From Eremomyces bilateralis CBS 781.70 (lineage: Eukaryota), in NCBI GenBank assembly GCA_010015585.1, contig ML975176.1: a stretch of DNA of 64,000 nucleotides, one strand, 5' to 3'. Both the position numbers and the translations under genes were made by a program. Within the stretch, counting starts at the first letter, position 1; each line of letters starts with the position of its first letter. Under the pieces are notes generated by a model. It was not told where the DNA came from, did not search any database, and saw only the letters and a program-made list of their open reading frames with translations. Shown here in pieces: positions 12,035-23,714 of the stretch.

Positions 12035-12556
12035 ATGCGAGTCCGACTATTTTCATTGCTGAGCACGCTCAGTGCCCTCACCTGTGCACAGTGTGCAGAG
12101 CCAGCCCAGAATACCACAGCCCAGAATACCACCACCATGCCGCGTACTCAACCCGTCCTAGGCGCCGTTGGAATCGCCGTCTCCAACCTGAATGTCTCGA
12201 TGGACTTTTACACGAAAGTGCTTCCCTTCGTCGACACCGGTGTCTCGTACGATCTCCCCCAATTCCTCGAGAAGGTGGTTGCCCTCCCGGCCCCGAACTC
12301 CGGAAGCTCCGTCGTCCTGATGCAATGGAAAACCCCACGGAACACGACCAACATTCCCGTCAAACTGGCCCTCTATGTCGAGGACGTCCACGAGTCCATG
12401 GAAAAGGTTCGGGCATACGGAAACGAGATCCTCTTGGAGGCGGGATCGGGCCGCATCGGGACTGTTTCGCTTCCTACTGGCATGGCCCGAGACCCGGATG
12501 GCTATATCTTGGAATTCAATCCGCTCTCTATTCTTTCCCCAAAGCAGGCTCTTTGA
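12035..12556 (+). CDS. Secreted glyoxalase/bleomycin-resistance (VOC) family protein
   Basis: ATG 12035 with signal-peptide-like MRVRLFSLLSTLSALTCAQC. VOC motifs VGIAVSNL..SMDFYT and ARDPDGYILEF. Intronless. Confidence 0.8.
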   Translation: MRVRLFSLLSTLSALTCAQCAEPAQNTTAQNTTTMPRTQPVLGAVGIAVSNLNVSMDFYTKVLPFVDTGVSYDLPQFLEKVVALPAPNSGSSVVLMQWKTPRNTTNIPVKLALYVEDVHESMEKVRAYGNEILLEAGSGRIGTVSLPTGMARDPDGYILEFNPLSILSPKQAL

Positions 12557-13126
12557 GTGTCGACGCGATGATTGGGGATCTGTGGAGCTGTTAGTGGATG
12601 AGGGATGGTATATGTTCATGGAACTCAAGGAATATCAAAGAATCTAGTTCGGAGGAACAAAAGTCAAAAGACATGTTAGCATAATTCAGCGGCTACTTAA
12701 TTAGTCATATGGTTGTGAGAAGCTGCATATCGATTGGGCGCGTTTTGAGTTGACAATAGACTTTTCGATCCTCTGTGATAGACGCTGTTGGCTTCTGAAC
12801 GAATCGACCGAGTCCAATTATTGACCGTGAAGACAATAATAACGTATATATACACTGGAATGGAAGCAAGTGCTTCGTTACGGAAATTTTTATTAAAGTC
12901 TCGATGAACAGGAGGACGAGAAGTTCCATTACAGTCGTCCACTTTCTGTAATATCCATAAAATATCCAAATGGTGGGGGCGTGAGGCTCACGAGGTCCAG
13001 GTACGTACCCACCCGGATCTTGCCGAGCCATCCAGCTTCCATATGCCATCAACTTCCAAAGACCAATTGTAAAATACCTTACGATCAATTCCGTATCCTC
13101 AAGGTTTGGGTGAAGTTGGCGGTGCA

Positions 13127-14921
13127 ATGCTGCTATGCGCAAATCATGTCACTCGCCAATTGATCTTGCGGCCCTCCTATTCCGGCGCTCGTGCCTGGGT
13201 TTCGCGTCGCCGTGATGTCCGACGCCATTACAGCGAATCCAATGGTCCTAACATCGCCATCCTAGGTGGGGGGATAACAGGTTTATCGACGGCGTTCTAC
13301 CTTCGAGAAGCTCTGCCGAGCTCGAAGATCACAATATATGAGGGCTCGGACCGTGTGGGTGGCTGGATTCGGTCAACTGCAAAGGGTATTGGATCGGGCG
13401 ATGTCATATTTGAACACGGTCCACGGACTCTCAGGCCCACGATTGGGCTATTGACTCCTCATCTCGTTCGTCTCCCCGCTGTATGGTACCTTCCGCTCTC
13501 TGACCTAGAAAGATCGAGGACTTAGGTCTGGCCCAAGATGTCATTGCGACTCGACGAGATGCTCCCGCCTCAACGAATCGGTACATCTACTATCCGGATC
13601 ATCTGGTACGAATGCCGATGCCACAAGCAGGAGAAGGGATCTCTCAAGTATGGAACGAACCCTTGTTCGAAGGGATCGGCTCCGCTCTGACCGAATGGTT
13701 TGTGTCCACTCGACCATCCAATTTGCAGGACGAGTCCGTCGCGTCGTTCATCTCAAGACGATTGGACAGGAGAATGGCGGACAACATGGTTTCTGCCCTT
13801 CTCCATGGCATATACGCAGGCGATGTAAATCAGTTGAGCATGAAGAGTATATTCCCACTCCTATGGTACTATGAGGGCCGATACGGAAGTTTGGTTGGAT
13901 CAATACCCAGTGTATGGTCGAACTTACGGTCCGGCATGATGCTTGGCTCTGCGCGAGAGTACCAGTCAATCCTTGATCGTCAGAGAAAGCCTCTGGGGTC
14001 GACATTGAAAGAGAAACTTTCCCGGGCAAGTGTATATACGTTGAAGCGTGGGCTTACGGGTCTCGTTTCTGCCCTGAGAGAGCGATTGTTAAGTCGAGGC
14101 GTGACCATCCATGAGAATACGCCTATCTCAGCACTTTCTATGGATAGTGCAACGGAGAAGATTGAAGTGAGTTGGTTTCATCCACCCTTGGTATCCGCTA
14201 ATAGTATCAGATCACCTCCGCTGGAAAGTCCTTACCACAAGCCGACCAGGTCATCTCCACGGTATTTTCCCGCCATCTTGCGAACATCTGCAAGGATGGC
14301 TCCGGGACCACGCTTTTGCCATCCTTCGGCGAAACGCACGCGGTTTCGGTCATGGTGGTCAATCTCTTCTTCCAGGAATCCGACTTGGGGATGCCTGAAG
14401 GCTTTGGATACTTGATCCCCCAAAGCATTCCGATCGATCAAAACCCCGAGCGCGCTTTAGGCGTGATTTTCGACTCCTGTGCGACGTCGGGCCAGGATTC
14501 GGTTTCCGGAACTAAGCTCACGGTTATACTGGGGGGGCATTGGTGGGATGGTTGGACGGAATTCCCGGATGAGGAAGAGGGGGTGTCGATGGCTCGAGCG
14601 ATATTGTCTCGGCACCTGGGGCTAAATGCGACGCCAACAGCCACCCAGGCGACCCTGCAGCGAGAATGTATTCCACAATACTTGGTGGGGCACTGGTCGA
14701 GGATGGAAAAGGGACACCAGGAGCTGAAGCAGCACTTCAAGGGCAAACTCAAGGTTGCCGGAAGCTCGTACACGGGGGTGGGGGTGAACGATTGCATCCA
14801 GTCGGCGCGGAACCTGGTCGTCGATGCGGATGAGCTCGCTTGGAAGGATAAAACAGGCCTAGAAGAGTTTACGGGGGATTTGAGGTTTGCAGAGGTGTAT
14901 TTTAGGACGAGAGGCGAATAA
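13127..14921 (+). CDS. HEM14: Protoporphyrinogen oxidase
   Basis: Mitochondrial-type leader, IAILGGGITGL FAD motif, RVGGWI, FEHGPRTLRP, GIYAGD..QLS, GFGYLIP, CIPQY.VGH and GVGVNDCI. Two short introns. Confidence 0.93.
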
Positions 14922-15298
14922 TTTCTCGCATGGAACCTGATTGTTCTGTCTCCGTACCCGTAACCAAACGGAGTTGAAGTTTACATTCCTTGTAATCCGC
15001 ACAGTACACCGACATGTATCATTTAACATGGAGCAGTGTATTGGAACTTTCAGGTTCAGTTGTACATGTGGTTCGATACAGGCAATCTGATAGAAGCACG
15101 ACTAGAATGAAGTGTAGGGGTCTAGGGGATCTGCGGACCCACTAAAATTTCTGTAATACCTCCAGTCTGGACGACGTGAATAAACTTTCAGCATGAGCGT
15201 TGCTAAGGACGTCTACTCCCTACTTCTGCTTGAAACCATTTACTTGATCCTCCCGGAGCAGAATAGTCGCATCCTACATAAGAGAGGAACTATCGAAA

Positions 15299-18200
15299 AT
15301 GGTTCGAAAGCGTAGGAACCATGACCCCGAGTCCTCCGTGGACACCAAGCGACCTCGTCGTGTCTACACCAACACCGACGCAGCGCTGGCCGATATATTC
15401 GAAAATCTGTCGAACGAAGCGGCGGCTCCTCGCTTAGAGGCCACAAAGGAGTTGCTGGAGACCGTTCAATCGGCTCAATGGTCATCACCGGAACTGATTG
15501 AGAAGATTCTGCGCCGCCTCGTCCGGGGATTGTGTAGTAGTCGAAAATCGGCCCGCCTTGGCTTCTTTCCGGCACTCATCGAGGTGATACGTACGGTGTA
15601 TGGCGACCCAAATGCTGTCCCGGACACGTTCTCTCCATCGTTGGGTGATTTGCTTTCATTCATTGAATCCAACACCCGGACGGACGCAAGCGCTTCTGGA
15701 CAGGTGAGCCTCTAGCTCTGCCATTAACATCATGAGCTAACCATGCATTTAGGAACGGAGAGATCATATATTCGGTCGTCTTTATTCTAGCGCTGCCTTG
15801 ATTAACTCATCTGTCTTACTGGAAGGCGATCTCTCATCTTCGCTATGGGACGACTTGTTGAACGTGGTTGGAGGTCTTGCCAAGGAGCACCCTTGGGTCC
15901 GAGAAGAGTGCGGTTCAATGCTTTGCAAGGCCCTGAGACTCCTTTCCAAACAAGAAGCTCCGCAAGCCTCACGTCATGCGAGAGCGATCGTTGACGCATT
16001 GTCGAAATTCAAGCTACAACGCACACCCGAAGGGGTGGCCATTTGGCTGACCTTCACGTCCCAATTTCCTGATCTGGATCTCCCAGCCAAAGTATGGCAT
16101 AAGGATGATCCTCTTTCCAAGAAGGAGAGGAAAGAGCTGGCTGCGATCATGAGAGAAGACTTCAGCAAAGCCTCCGGCCCTGAAGCCTCTGACGGCACCA
16201 ACAAGTCAGGCTCTTGGAAGTCGCAGAGTAATTTCGCTTGGAGTGTCTTGATACACCATCAAATTTCCCGATTGGAGAACAAAACCGAAGCCGCCGCTCT
16301 GTTGGAGGAGTTCAGTCGCTTCTGGATCGACGTTGTTGACAGTAAGCCCCCTTACATTTTCCAAAGACCAAGGCTAATTATTGCAGATAACTTATTTTCG
16401 GCCAAAGCATCCGCGGAGAGGAAAGCATGGGGATTGCAGATCCTTTCACAAGCGATTCGAACCTGTCCGGCTTGGGCGCTGTTCGAGTTACTCAGTCCAA
16501 ATATCCTCAGGAGTATCCAGAACCAGAGATCTTCTCCAGACAGTAATCTGCATGGTCTGGCGTTGGAGCCATTGAAGGAGCTCATCAAGCGGGTCAAGAA
16601 AACTCCTGATCAAGGCGCCTCTATAGCGATGTTCCTTTTGTCTCAATCAAAGTCGATGGACTTCGATCAAGCGACGAAGTCACGCACGATTGAGACCATC
16701 CTCAGTGAGACCGACGAAGAAAAGCTCGTTGATTTTGTTCAATTCGCCAAGGATATCATTAACCGACCGACTTCTCAAGACGAAGACGAAGCTGCCGATG
16801 ATCGTCGAGCAATGGCCGACGCACTACTCACAATGGTCAAGGGGCAGGTGAAATCGGGGTCGGAGAAAGAAACCGGAGGACGGAACGCTTCTCCGCCATG
16901 GGTTTCCCCTCTGCTGCGTCTGATGGTGGAGCTGTCTTACGTGAAAAAGCGGAAATCTGCATCCAAGAAAGACCGATCCAAGCCGTCGATTTCGAGTGTC
17001 TCCCGTGAAATGTTTCGGTCGAAGTTGAACTTGATACTTGGCACATTGCTGGCATCCAAGGACACTTCGCTTTGGGACTGTGCTTATACAGCCGCTTCAT
17101 ATCTTCAAGAAGACGCCCAATCTGGATCTACTGAGCTGGTTGCGGAATACGACGAGAAGATCTCAGAAATCCTGGAATCTACGTTCGAATCACTTGATGA
17201 AATTCATGCGAAGAAGATGGAGTCTGACGACAGTCTCCGGTTTACCTACGGAGGACTGGAGCTTCTGCAGTCTTTCACCGTCCTCCAAATCTATAATGGA
17301 GAACCCGAAGCGGTGTCCGTCGCAGAGGATCTGATCGAATGCTCCAAAGATCTCACCGGGGATGATAGCGAAGGCAATGCCATCGGCGCCATCCTTGAGA
17401 TCCTGATCTCCTTCGCCTCCAAGCGGTCGACATTGATGAGAAAAATCGCGGAGCAAGTCTTCTCCGCTTTCACGAGCCGCATGGACCGAACTACTTTGGG
17501 GTACTTGACTGATATCCTTGGAAAGGAGGAGAGTGAAGCTGGCCAAAGTGAACTGTACGAGGCGGAAGACGATGCCGAAGCCTCGAGCTCAGAGGACGAG
17601 GAAGATAAGGAAGACAGCGACACCGAGGAATCTATGGACTCGGACGTTGAAATGGTTGATGGCGTCGACAATGAGCAAAATGAGTTCGATGCCGAGCTGT
17701 CGGCTGTTTTACGAATTTCTAACGCCCAAATTGTTGGGCCTGAAGATCTTAGCTCGTCGGATGAGGACGAAGAAGAAGAGGATTTTGACGACGAGCAAAT
17801 GATGGCATTGGACGACAAGATCAGCGAAGTGTTCAAGAAGCGGATGGGCCAGACGAACAAAGAGAAGAAGAAGGCGAAGACGGAGGCCCGAGACAACATG
17901 GTTCAGCTCAAAAACCGAATCCTGGACTTGCTCACGATTTTGGTGAAAAAGGAGTTCGGCAAGGAATTTGTGTCGGGCATCATACTCCCGCTTCTCACGC
18001 TTGTTCGAACGGCTTCGACGCCGCAGCTTTCGAAACGGGCTTTCGACTTGTTGAAGCAGTATTTCGACCTCGGCAGAGGGAAGGAGATGCCGCAGGTTAC
18101 TGACCTGAGTGGTTGGCTTTCACTGTTGGCGTCCATCCACGAGGAGGCAATGCGGACGAAGGCGGATAACCACGGAAGGAGTTGTAGCAGCGCTAGCTTG

Positions 18201-18380
18201 TTTGTTGTTCGGGTCTTGGTGGCTCAAGACAGGAAACACTTCGACGCAGCGGGAGAGGTGTATTTACACACAAAAAAACTGTGGTTCGCCGATCCGAAGT
18301 CGAAATTGACACAGAGTTTCTTCTCGGATTGGGTAGGCTGGATGGGATCGATGCGAAAGGAGAAGTCAGCATCCCACTAG
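15299..18380 (+). CDS. POL5: DNA polymerase phi / MYBBP1A-like nucleolar protein
   Basis: N-terminal RRLVRGLCSSRKSARLGF, ERRDHIFGRL after intron 1, acidic tract, DDEQMMALD and KNRILDLL. Confidence 0.9.
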
Positions 18381-18533
18381 CCGGATTAACCTGGACGGAT
18401 ATTTAGGTTGGTACTGGAACGGACACTGGATTGATAGGAAACCCCACGTCGGGGTGCCGGGAGCGAAAGGATAATTCAAAACATGGTCGACACCTATCTA
18501 CCCGTACATTGTCTAGTCTGTTCCTAGTGATTA

Positions 18534-20345
18534 AGTTCGAACCCCTGCCTGTTGGCCAACCACCTACTTGGCCAGTATCACCATCTTAGCCACCATCATG
18601 AAAACCGTGACATCTCTACCACCACGTAATTATATTGAAAATTCAAACCATAGGACTATTGTACAGCATCTTGGGGAGCGTCTGGTATAGTTTCAGCCAC
18701 GGGAATACTCTGTTCTAGTATAGTATTTGCCTCCAGAAGCCGTACAGCCTCTTGCGCTACTTTGATCTCTTTAATCTGTGCGAACTTAACATTGGGATCT
18801 ATCCGAACCTTCTTCTTGCGTTTTGGGGCTGAGGCGGCATCTAGACGGGCCTGGAGACTCGCAATTTTCAGATCTGATGCAGCCTGACGCGCCTGTAGCA
18901 CTCCGATTGCCTTGGCTGCCTTCCCTATGTAGGCCTTCGTCCACTTCGTCACGCGTGTGTTCTTGCTAAGAACGCGCAATGCACTTTGTATTTGTTTGGG
19001 CTTGTAGGGCGTCGTCTGGAGGACCGAGGCGACTAGTATTGGGGTGCGTGGAGGCGTGTTTGGTCGTGGAATTGAGGATGCGGTTTCGGTATGCGTGGGC
19101 GGTACCACGAACCGGTTATTGAGACCTTTTGACGGGTCCCACGGTATAAGACCTGCAGCCTTCCACCCTGATCTGATTGTACGGTCAATTAGGCGTGCCC
19201 GACGCGCCTCAGCATAGAGGACAATGAATCTTCGTCGTTTAATCGGTAGCGCCTCGTCGATATACGCGCTTTGGCGGAGGAGGGCCTTGTAGAAGCGTTT
19301 CAGAGGTGAAAAACAGGCGAGATCGAGAGGCTGAAGGATGTGGGAGGTATGCGCAGGTAGGAAGACCACAATCACGTCATTTATCCTGCATTCGTATAGG
19401 AAATCGACGGTTGCGTGGCTTCCGTGCCCGTCCATGAGTAGGATCCTGTACCGTCGCTCTGTAGCGGTTTCAGGGAGGAAAACTGTACGAAGCCACACCA
19501 ACGCGTGTTGATCTGAAGTCCAGCCGTTTGGTGATACCGCATAATGGAAGTCTGGAGGTTGTTCAGGGAACCAAGCAGCTTGTAGGGACGCGCCTTTCTG
19601 GATAATGGTTGGTTTGATATAGCGACCGGTCGCAGAGACTGATTCTATGATAGAACACCATTCCCGGTTCTCAGGACTCGTGATATAAGCTGTCGACTTC
19701 TGCGAGTCTGCGATGACAGTAGAATTAGCACATATTCCCATTCCAACACCGACTTCATCCATATTCCATGTATCGGAAGGGTGGACATCGTACTGTGTCT
19801 GAACTTGGTGAAAATACGCGTAAAACCCATTGATTGTATCCTGGGTTGCAGCCTGACGTCGTACGACATCTAGACTATGCCCAACACACGTCGCAACGCG
19901 TGGATTTCGATGTAGAAATCGTGGTATCCAATTCTTCCCAAGGGGTGTAGAATCACCCTGAAGCTCTAGAACTCGCGCGGCCATTTCACGCAGACGTGCG
20001 TGGGTAGGGGGGAATCCTTGAGCGTCACTCTCAAGTATCCAGTCGACTAAAAACCTCTCTTGCACCGGTGTAAGGCGTTGGTTCGATTGTTGAGCTGTAG
20101 AGCGCGATTGCATGCCCTTGAGGCGGTTTTGAAGCGTAGCTCGATTGACCTTGAATAGGGCCGCAGCTTCATTTTGTGATTTGCATTGACCGGTCTCTAC
20201 GGCATGGATAGCCTGTAGGAGTACCTCCTCTGAATTTGACATCGTAATACGATATGGTGGTTGAGATATTACGCGTTTGGTGATGGTGGTGAAGATGGTG
20301 ATACTGGCCAAGTAGGTGGTTGGCCAACAGGCAGGGGTTCGAACT
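18534..20345 (-). mobile_element. Intact Fot1/pogo-like (Tc1/mariner superfamily) DNA transposon, 1812 bp
   Basis: Perfect 54-bp TIRs (18534-18587 / 20292-20345, agttcgaacccctgcc...) flanked by TA on both sides (18532-18533, 20346-20347), with a full transposase ORF inside. Confidence 0.95.
18656..20242 (-). CDS. Pogo/Fot1 transposase (HTH + CENP-B HTH + DDE_1, DD35D)
   Basis: ATG 20242 (MSNSEEVLLQAI). HTH, WIPRFLHR, WNMDEVG, LLMDGHGSH and HTSHILQPLD motifs, with 35 residues between the 2nd and 3rd Asp. Confidence 0.95.
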   Translation of the reverse strand: MSNSEEVLLQAIHAVETGQCKSQNEAAALFKVNRATLQNRLKGMQSRSTAQQSNQRLTPVQERFLVDWILESDAQGFPPTHARLREMAARVLELQGDSTPLGKNWIPRFLHRNPRVATCVGHSLDVVRRQAATQDTINGFYAYFHQVQTQYDVHPSDTWNMDEVGVGMGICANSTVIADSQKSTAYITSPENREWCSIIESVSATGRYIKPTIIQKGASLQAAWFPEQPPDFHYAVSPNGWTSDQHALVWLRTVFLPETATERRYRILLMDGHGSHATVDFLYECRINDVIVVFLPAHTSHILQPLDLACFSPLKRFYKALLRQSAYIDEALPIKRRRFIVLYAEARRARLIDRTIRSGWKAAGLIPWDPSKGLNNRFVVPPTHTETASSIPRPNTPPRTPILVASVLQTTPYKPKQIQSALRVLSKNTRVTKWTKAYIGKAAKAIGVLQARQAASDLKIASLQARLDAASAPKRKKKVRIDPNVKFAQIKEIKVAQEAVRLLEANTILEQSIPVAETIPDAPQDAVQ

Positions 20346-20380
20346 TAAACGCCAAAAAAATGCTGCAAATGTTGTCTTAA

Positions 20381-23234
20381 TCACAGGTTCCCGCCTCGAC
20401 CATCCGTTTGAGCCTTCTGGAACTGGTACAATAACCCTAATACACCCGTGTTGCCATCGCCAGCTTGATTAACGCCACTAGGAGTCTCGTCATCTGTACT
20501 GTCAGCATCCTTTTGCCATGAATCGAGATCGGCTCCAAGGTCGACATCATTACTTGCGGTTCTCTGCATATCATGCTCGGCCAATCGTTCTTCTAATCCC
20601 TGTTCCTCGTTCTCATCCGGACGTTCCAATGGCACCTGGTTGGCCAGACGATGCCGGGTCGGGGTGGAGCTCTGTCGGGGAGAGTGTCGAAGATGTGGCT
20701 GATGGTGGGGATCCAGAAGAAGCGAATTGAGAGGAGAGCCCGGGTGACCCGAGTGGGAAGCGGTCGGACCGAGTCGAGGGGTGCGGTGGTGAGACTGCCG
20801 GTGCCGAATTCCATCCCCTCCCATGATGGATGATGCCATTCCTGGGAAGACTGGGGGGGGGACGAAATGCCTTCGGGAGGTTCGCACTGGGTGTCCTCGA
20901 TTCTGATTGGCACCGTAATTGTCCATGAACCCATAGTACGATGCCATCACCTTGTTATCCTTCGTCGCCAAATAATTGTCACGGAATTCGATGGGATCGA
21001 TATCTGTCGGGTTGTCCTTGCCCTTGCCCATTTGATAGGATCCCTTCTTGAAGTCGAAGATGGCAAACGAGCACACATGCCCCAGACCATCAACATGGAT
21101 GGTGGACTCGCGAAAGAAATCCACGATGCGTTCGCTGGATTTGGGGAGGCTGTATAACATGGCGTAGGGAGCGAAAATAATGCTCATCGCTTCCTCCAGG
21201 AATAAGATGATTCGGAGTTTGTATAGCGTGGAAAAGTCTTTGCGGACTTCGTCGCTGTGTAGCTTGTCATGCCATGACGGAGGGTAGTAGCGAGTGTGAT
21301 ATATCACATGCGTAAGAGCATACTCCGGATCCAGCACAATATCCTCATCCGGAATGCCACTTCTAGCTGTTCCCCAAATGGTACCAAGAATGCCCATATA
21401 AAACAACGCGGTGCGACCGGTTGTGAGCTCGAAGCCGAGGAAAAGCTCGGAGTCGAAGAGCGTGGCCAGGAAGAGTACGGCAAAGAGCGCACCAGACACG
21501 AAGGTGATGAAGCGCGACAGCTGCGCCATGCGATCCTTCGGGAATTGATTGAGATACTGGACTGCGTATGGGTACGCCAAGTTCTTGCGACGCTCAAACA
21601 AGTGCCCGAGCTCATTGAATTCTCGGAATTTCCACTCTGCAATGGGGCTAAATATGCGTGATCCGAGCTCCGCGGGGTTTCGTTGATATTCCTGCATCTG
21701 TTAGAGCCTGATCCAATATCAAGGGTGGTTGCCGTACCGTGAAATTTCGAAAAAAGAATATAACCAGGTTATAAAACACCAAGAATGGGGCCGACACGAT
21801 GCTCAACACGCCAAAGACCAGAAATCGTGTGTTCAAGGCTTTGATGAGATCACGTCGAGACCGGTCGCTGAGAAACATGGGCTGTATTTGGCCTCGGGGG
21901 TCGAATGCAAAGTCTAGAATGGCAAGAGAAATGTTCCATTGGATCGTGCGGGTGAAAATGTGGTATTTGCCCATGAATGGAATGTCAACGGCGAGATCCA
22001 GAATGTCTTTGTTGAACAAGGCTATCATATAATTCTCCCGCCGCATGAGTCGGTTGGCGATATCGTGAGCATCCATGCGCTGCTTTGACTGAGTCCGCAG
22101 GATATATCTTCTATTGTGAGGGGTCAAGTTGTCGGCCGTGGTGGGATTCGCGTCTCTCAGTCGCATAAGCCTCTCAACCACTAGTTGCCAGGATACGGTC
22201 TGAATATCTCGGTCGGGGATATCTAGCAGGTAATGGTAGAAATTATGCATTTCCAACAAGCTAGGGATCCCGATGATGAGCTGTATCAGCTTGTACACCC
22301 AGACTGCAGTGAAGAGCCACATGGTCAGGTGTGCTAGGAATGGCATCCTCCGTACGCAGTGCTTAACGTAGACATCATCGAGGGAACGGCTTCCGGCAAG
22401 CTTGGAGTAGTCGATGCACATGAATAAGTAGGTTGAGAACCCAAATGCAAACGCCCCGGTACTACACTTCGGTCAGATAAAGGGAAGGCCCAAGGAAAGT
22501 CGATCTTACGCTAGGTTTAGGAGTTGTCTCAATATGATCGAGTACATGCCGTGGGAGCAGAAGTAATCATATACACGCTCGAGGAATTGATCCAAATTCA
22601 CCACCTGACTCCATTTCCACATAGCTTTCTCTCGCGGGTCGGTTATCATCATGCCTTGTGTCCTTTGTGGAGGTTGAGCAGCATGCGACGGTGGATGGTG
22701 AAGCCGTTGCTGCGCCTGTGTTGCCCTCCATTGTGACTTCGTCGTCGGATTCGTAGGAGCGGTTACAGGAGGAGGAAGGGTTTGATCGGCAAACTGTTCT
22801 CGTTGACCACGTCGACGGCCCCGGGTACCGGTCTCGTGCTCGTTGAAGCCTTCCAAGAGCAGAGACTCCGGAACTTCGTCATCATCATCATCCCGAGAGA
22901 CGGCCCTGTTCGGTCGGCGACCGAATCCTACGTTGTCTAGCGGTGGTTTATTATCAGCACCGCGGGTCGAAGATCTTCTCGGTGCAGGGGAATCATGATG
23001 CCGTAACTCTGGAGAGCTTTCGGCGGAGGTTGTATCCTTTGTGTCTTCATGAAGGAGGGCCTCCAAGTCCTGTGCTTGGAACCGTTCTCCTAGATTTTCC
23101 TCATCAATGGCCAAATCGCCATCTTCAACATCTGAGAGCCGGTCCTCTTCTTCCTGACGTCTCATTGTCTCGTACACGGATGCGGAGTGTGACTGGCCGG
23201 GGAGCAGGCGGGAGAAGACGTTGTTGGAAGCCAT
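20381..23234 (-). CDS. ATG9: Autophagy protein Atg9 (three exons)
   Basis: AMWKW..V.NLDQFL..VYDY, QRMDAHDIANRLMRRENYMIA, WKFREFNEL.HLFERR, IVDFFRE.T.HVDGLG.VCSFA and GVLGLLYQFQK motifs. Confidence 0.95.
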
Positions 23235-23714
23235 GTCGTTTCCGGCGCGTCATTACGATCGAGGGCGTTTGTAAGTCTGGATGTTTGTTGGATGAGGCCA
23301 ACCTTTTGAGAGGCTCCAGCCTACACGGGATTGCTTTGTCATGTGGACCAGTTGTTGTGCTTTCTGGCTGAGACTCAGAGCTGAGACTTGACGGAGTGTA
23401 ATGTGGAGGAGTCAACTGAAGGTGTAGACTGTGGGGGATGATGACCCTGTCACGAGTCATGTTCCCTTGAACTCCTGTTGCCTGGACCCATATTTCTGCG
23501 TCAGGCATTTCATTGTCCTCTCATGAACATTGAATAGTACATCATGCACTACTGTGAACACATCAACACATCATACGTGGATATCCACTGTGGGCATTGT
23601 CTAAACCTAGGAACCCGCCAGGCACCAAACTAAAGAGCCCATCTAATCCCACATGTTGTTGTGATAAAAATATTTGTTCTAAAGCCTCAAAAGCAAACCG
23701 AACGGAACCACAGG

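Noticed and set aside
11878..12628. 238-aa and 156-aa ORFs overlapping the VOC gene
   Set aside because: Alternative-frame or antisense shadows of a GC-rich real gene, with no domain features.
18534..18550. gttcgaacccc at the pogo TIR resembles a tRNA T-loop / Pol III B-box
   Set aside because: No cloverleaf or A-box upstream; it is simply the TIR terminus and recurs at the other element ends.
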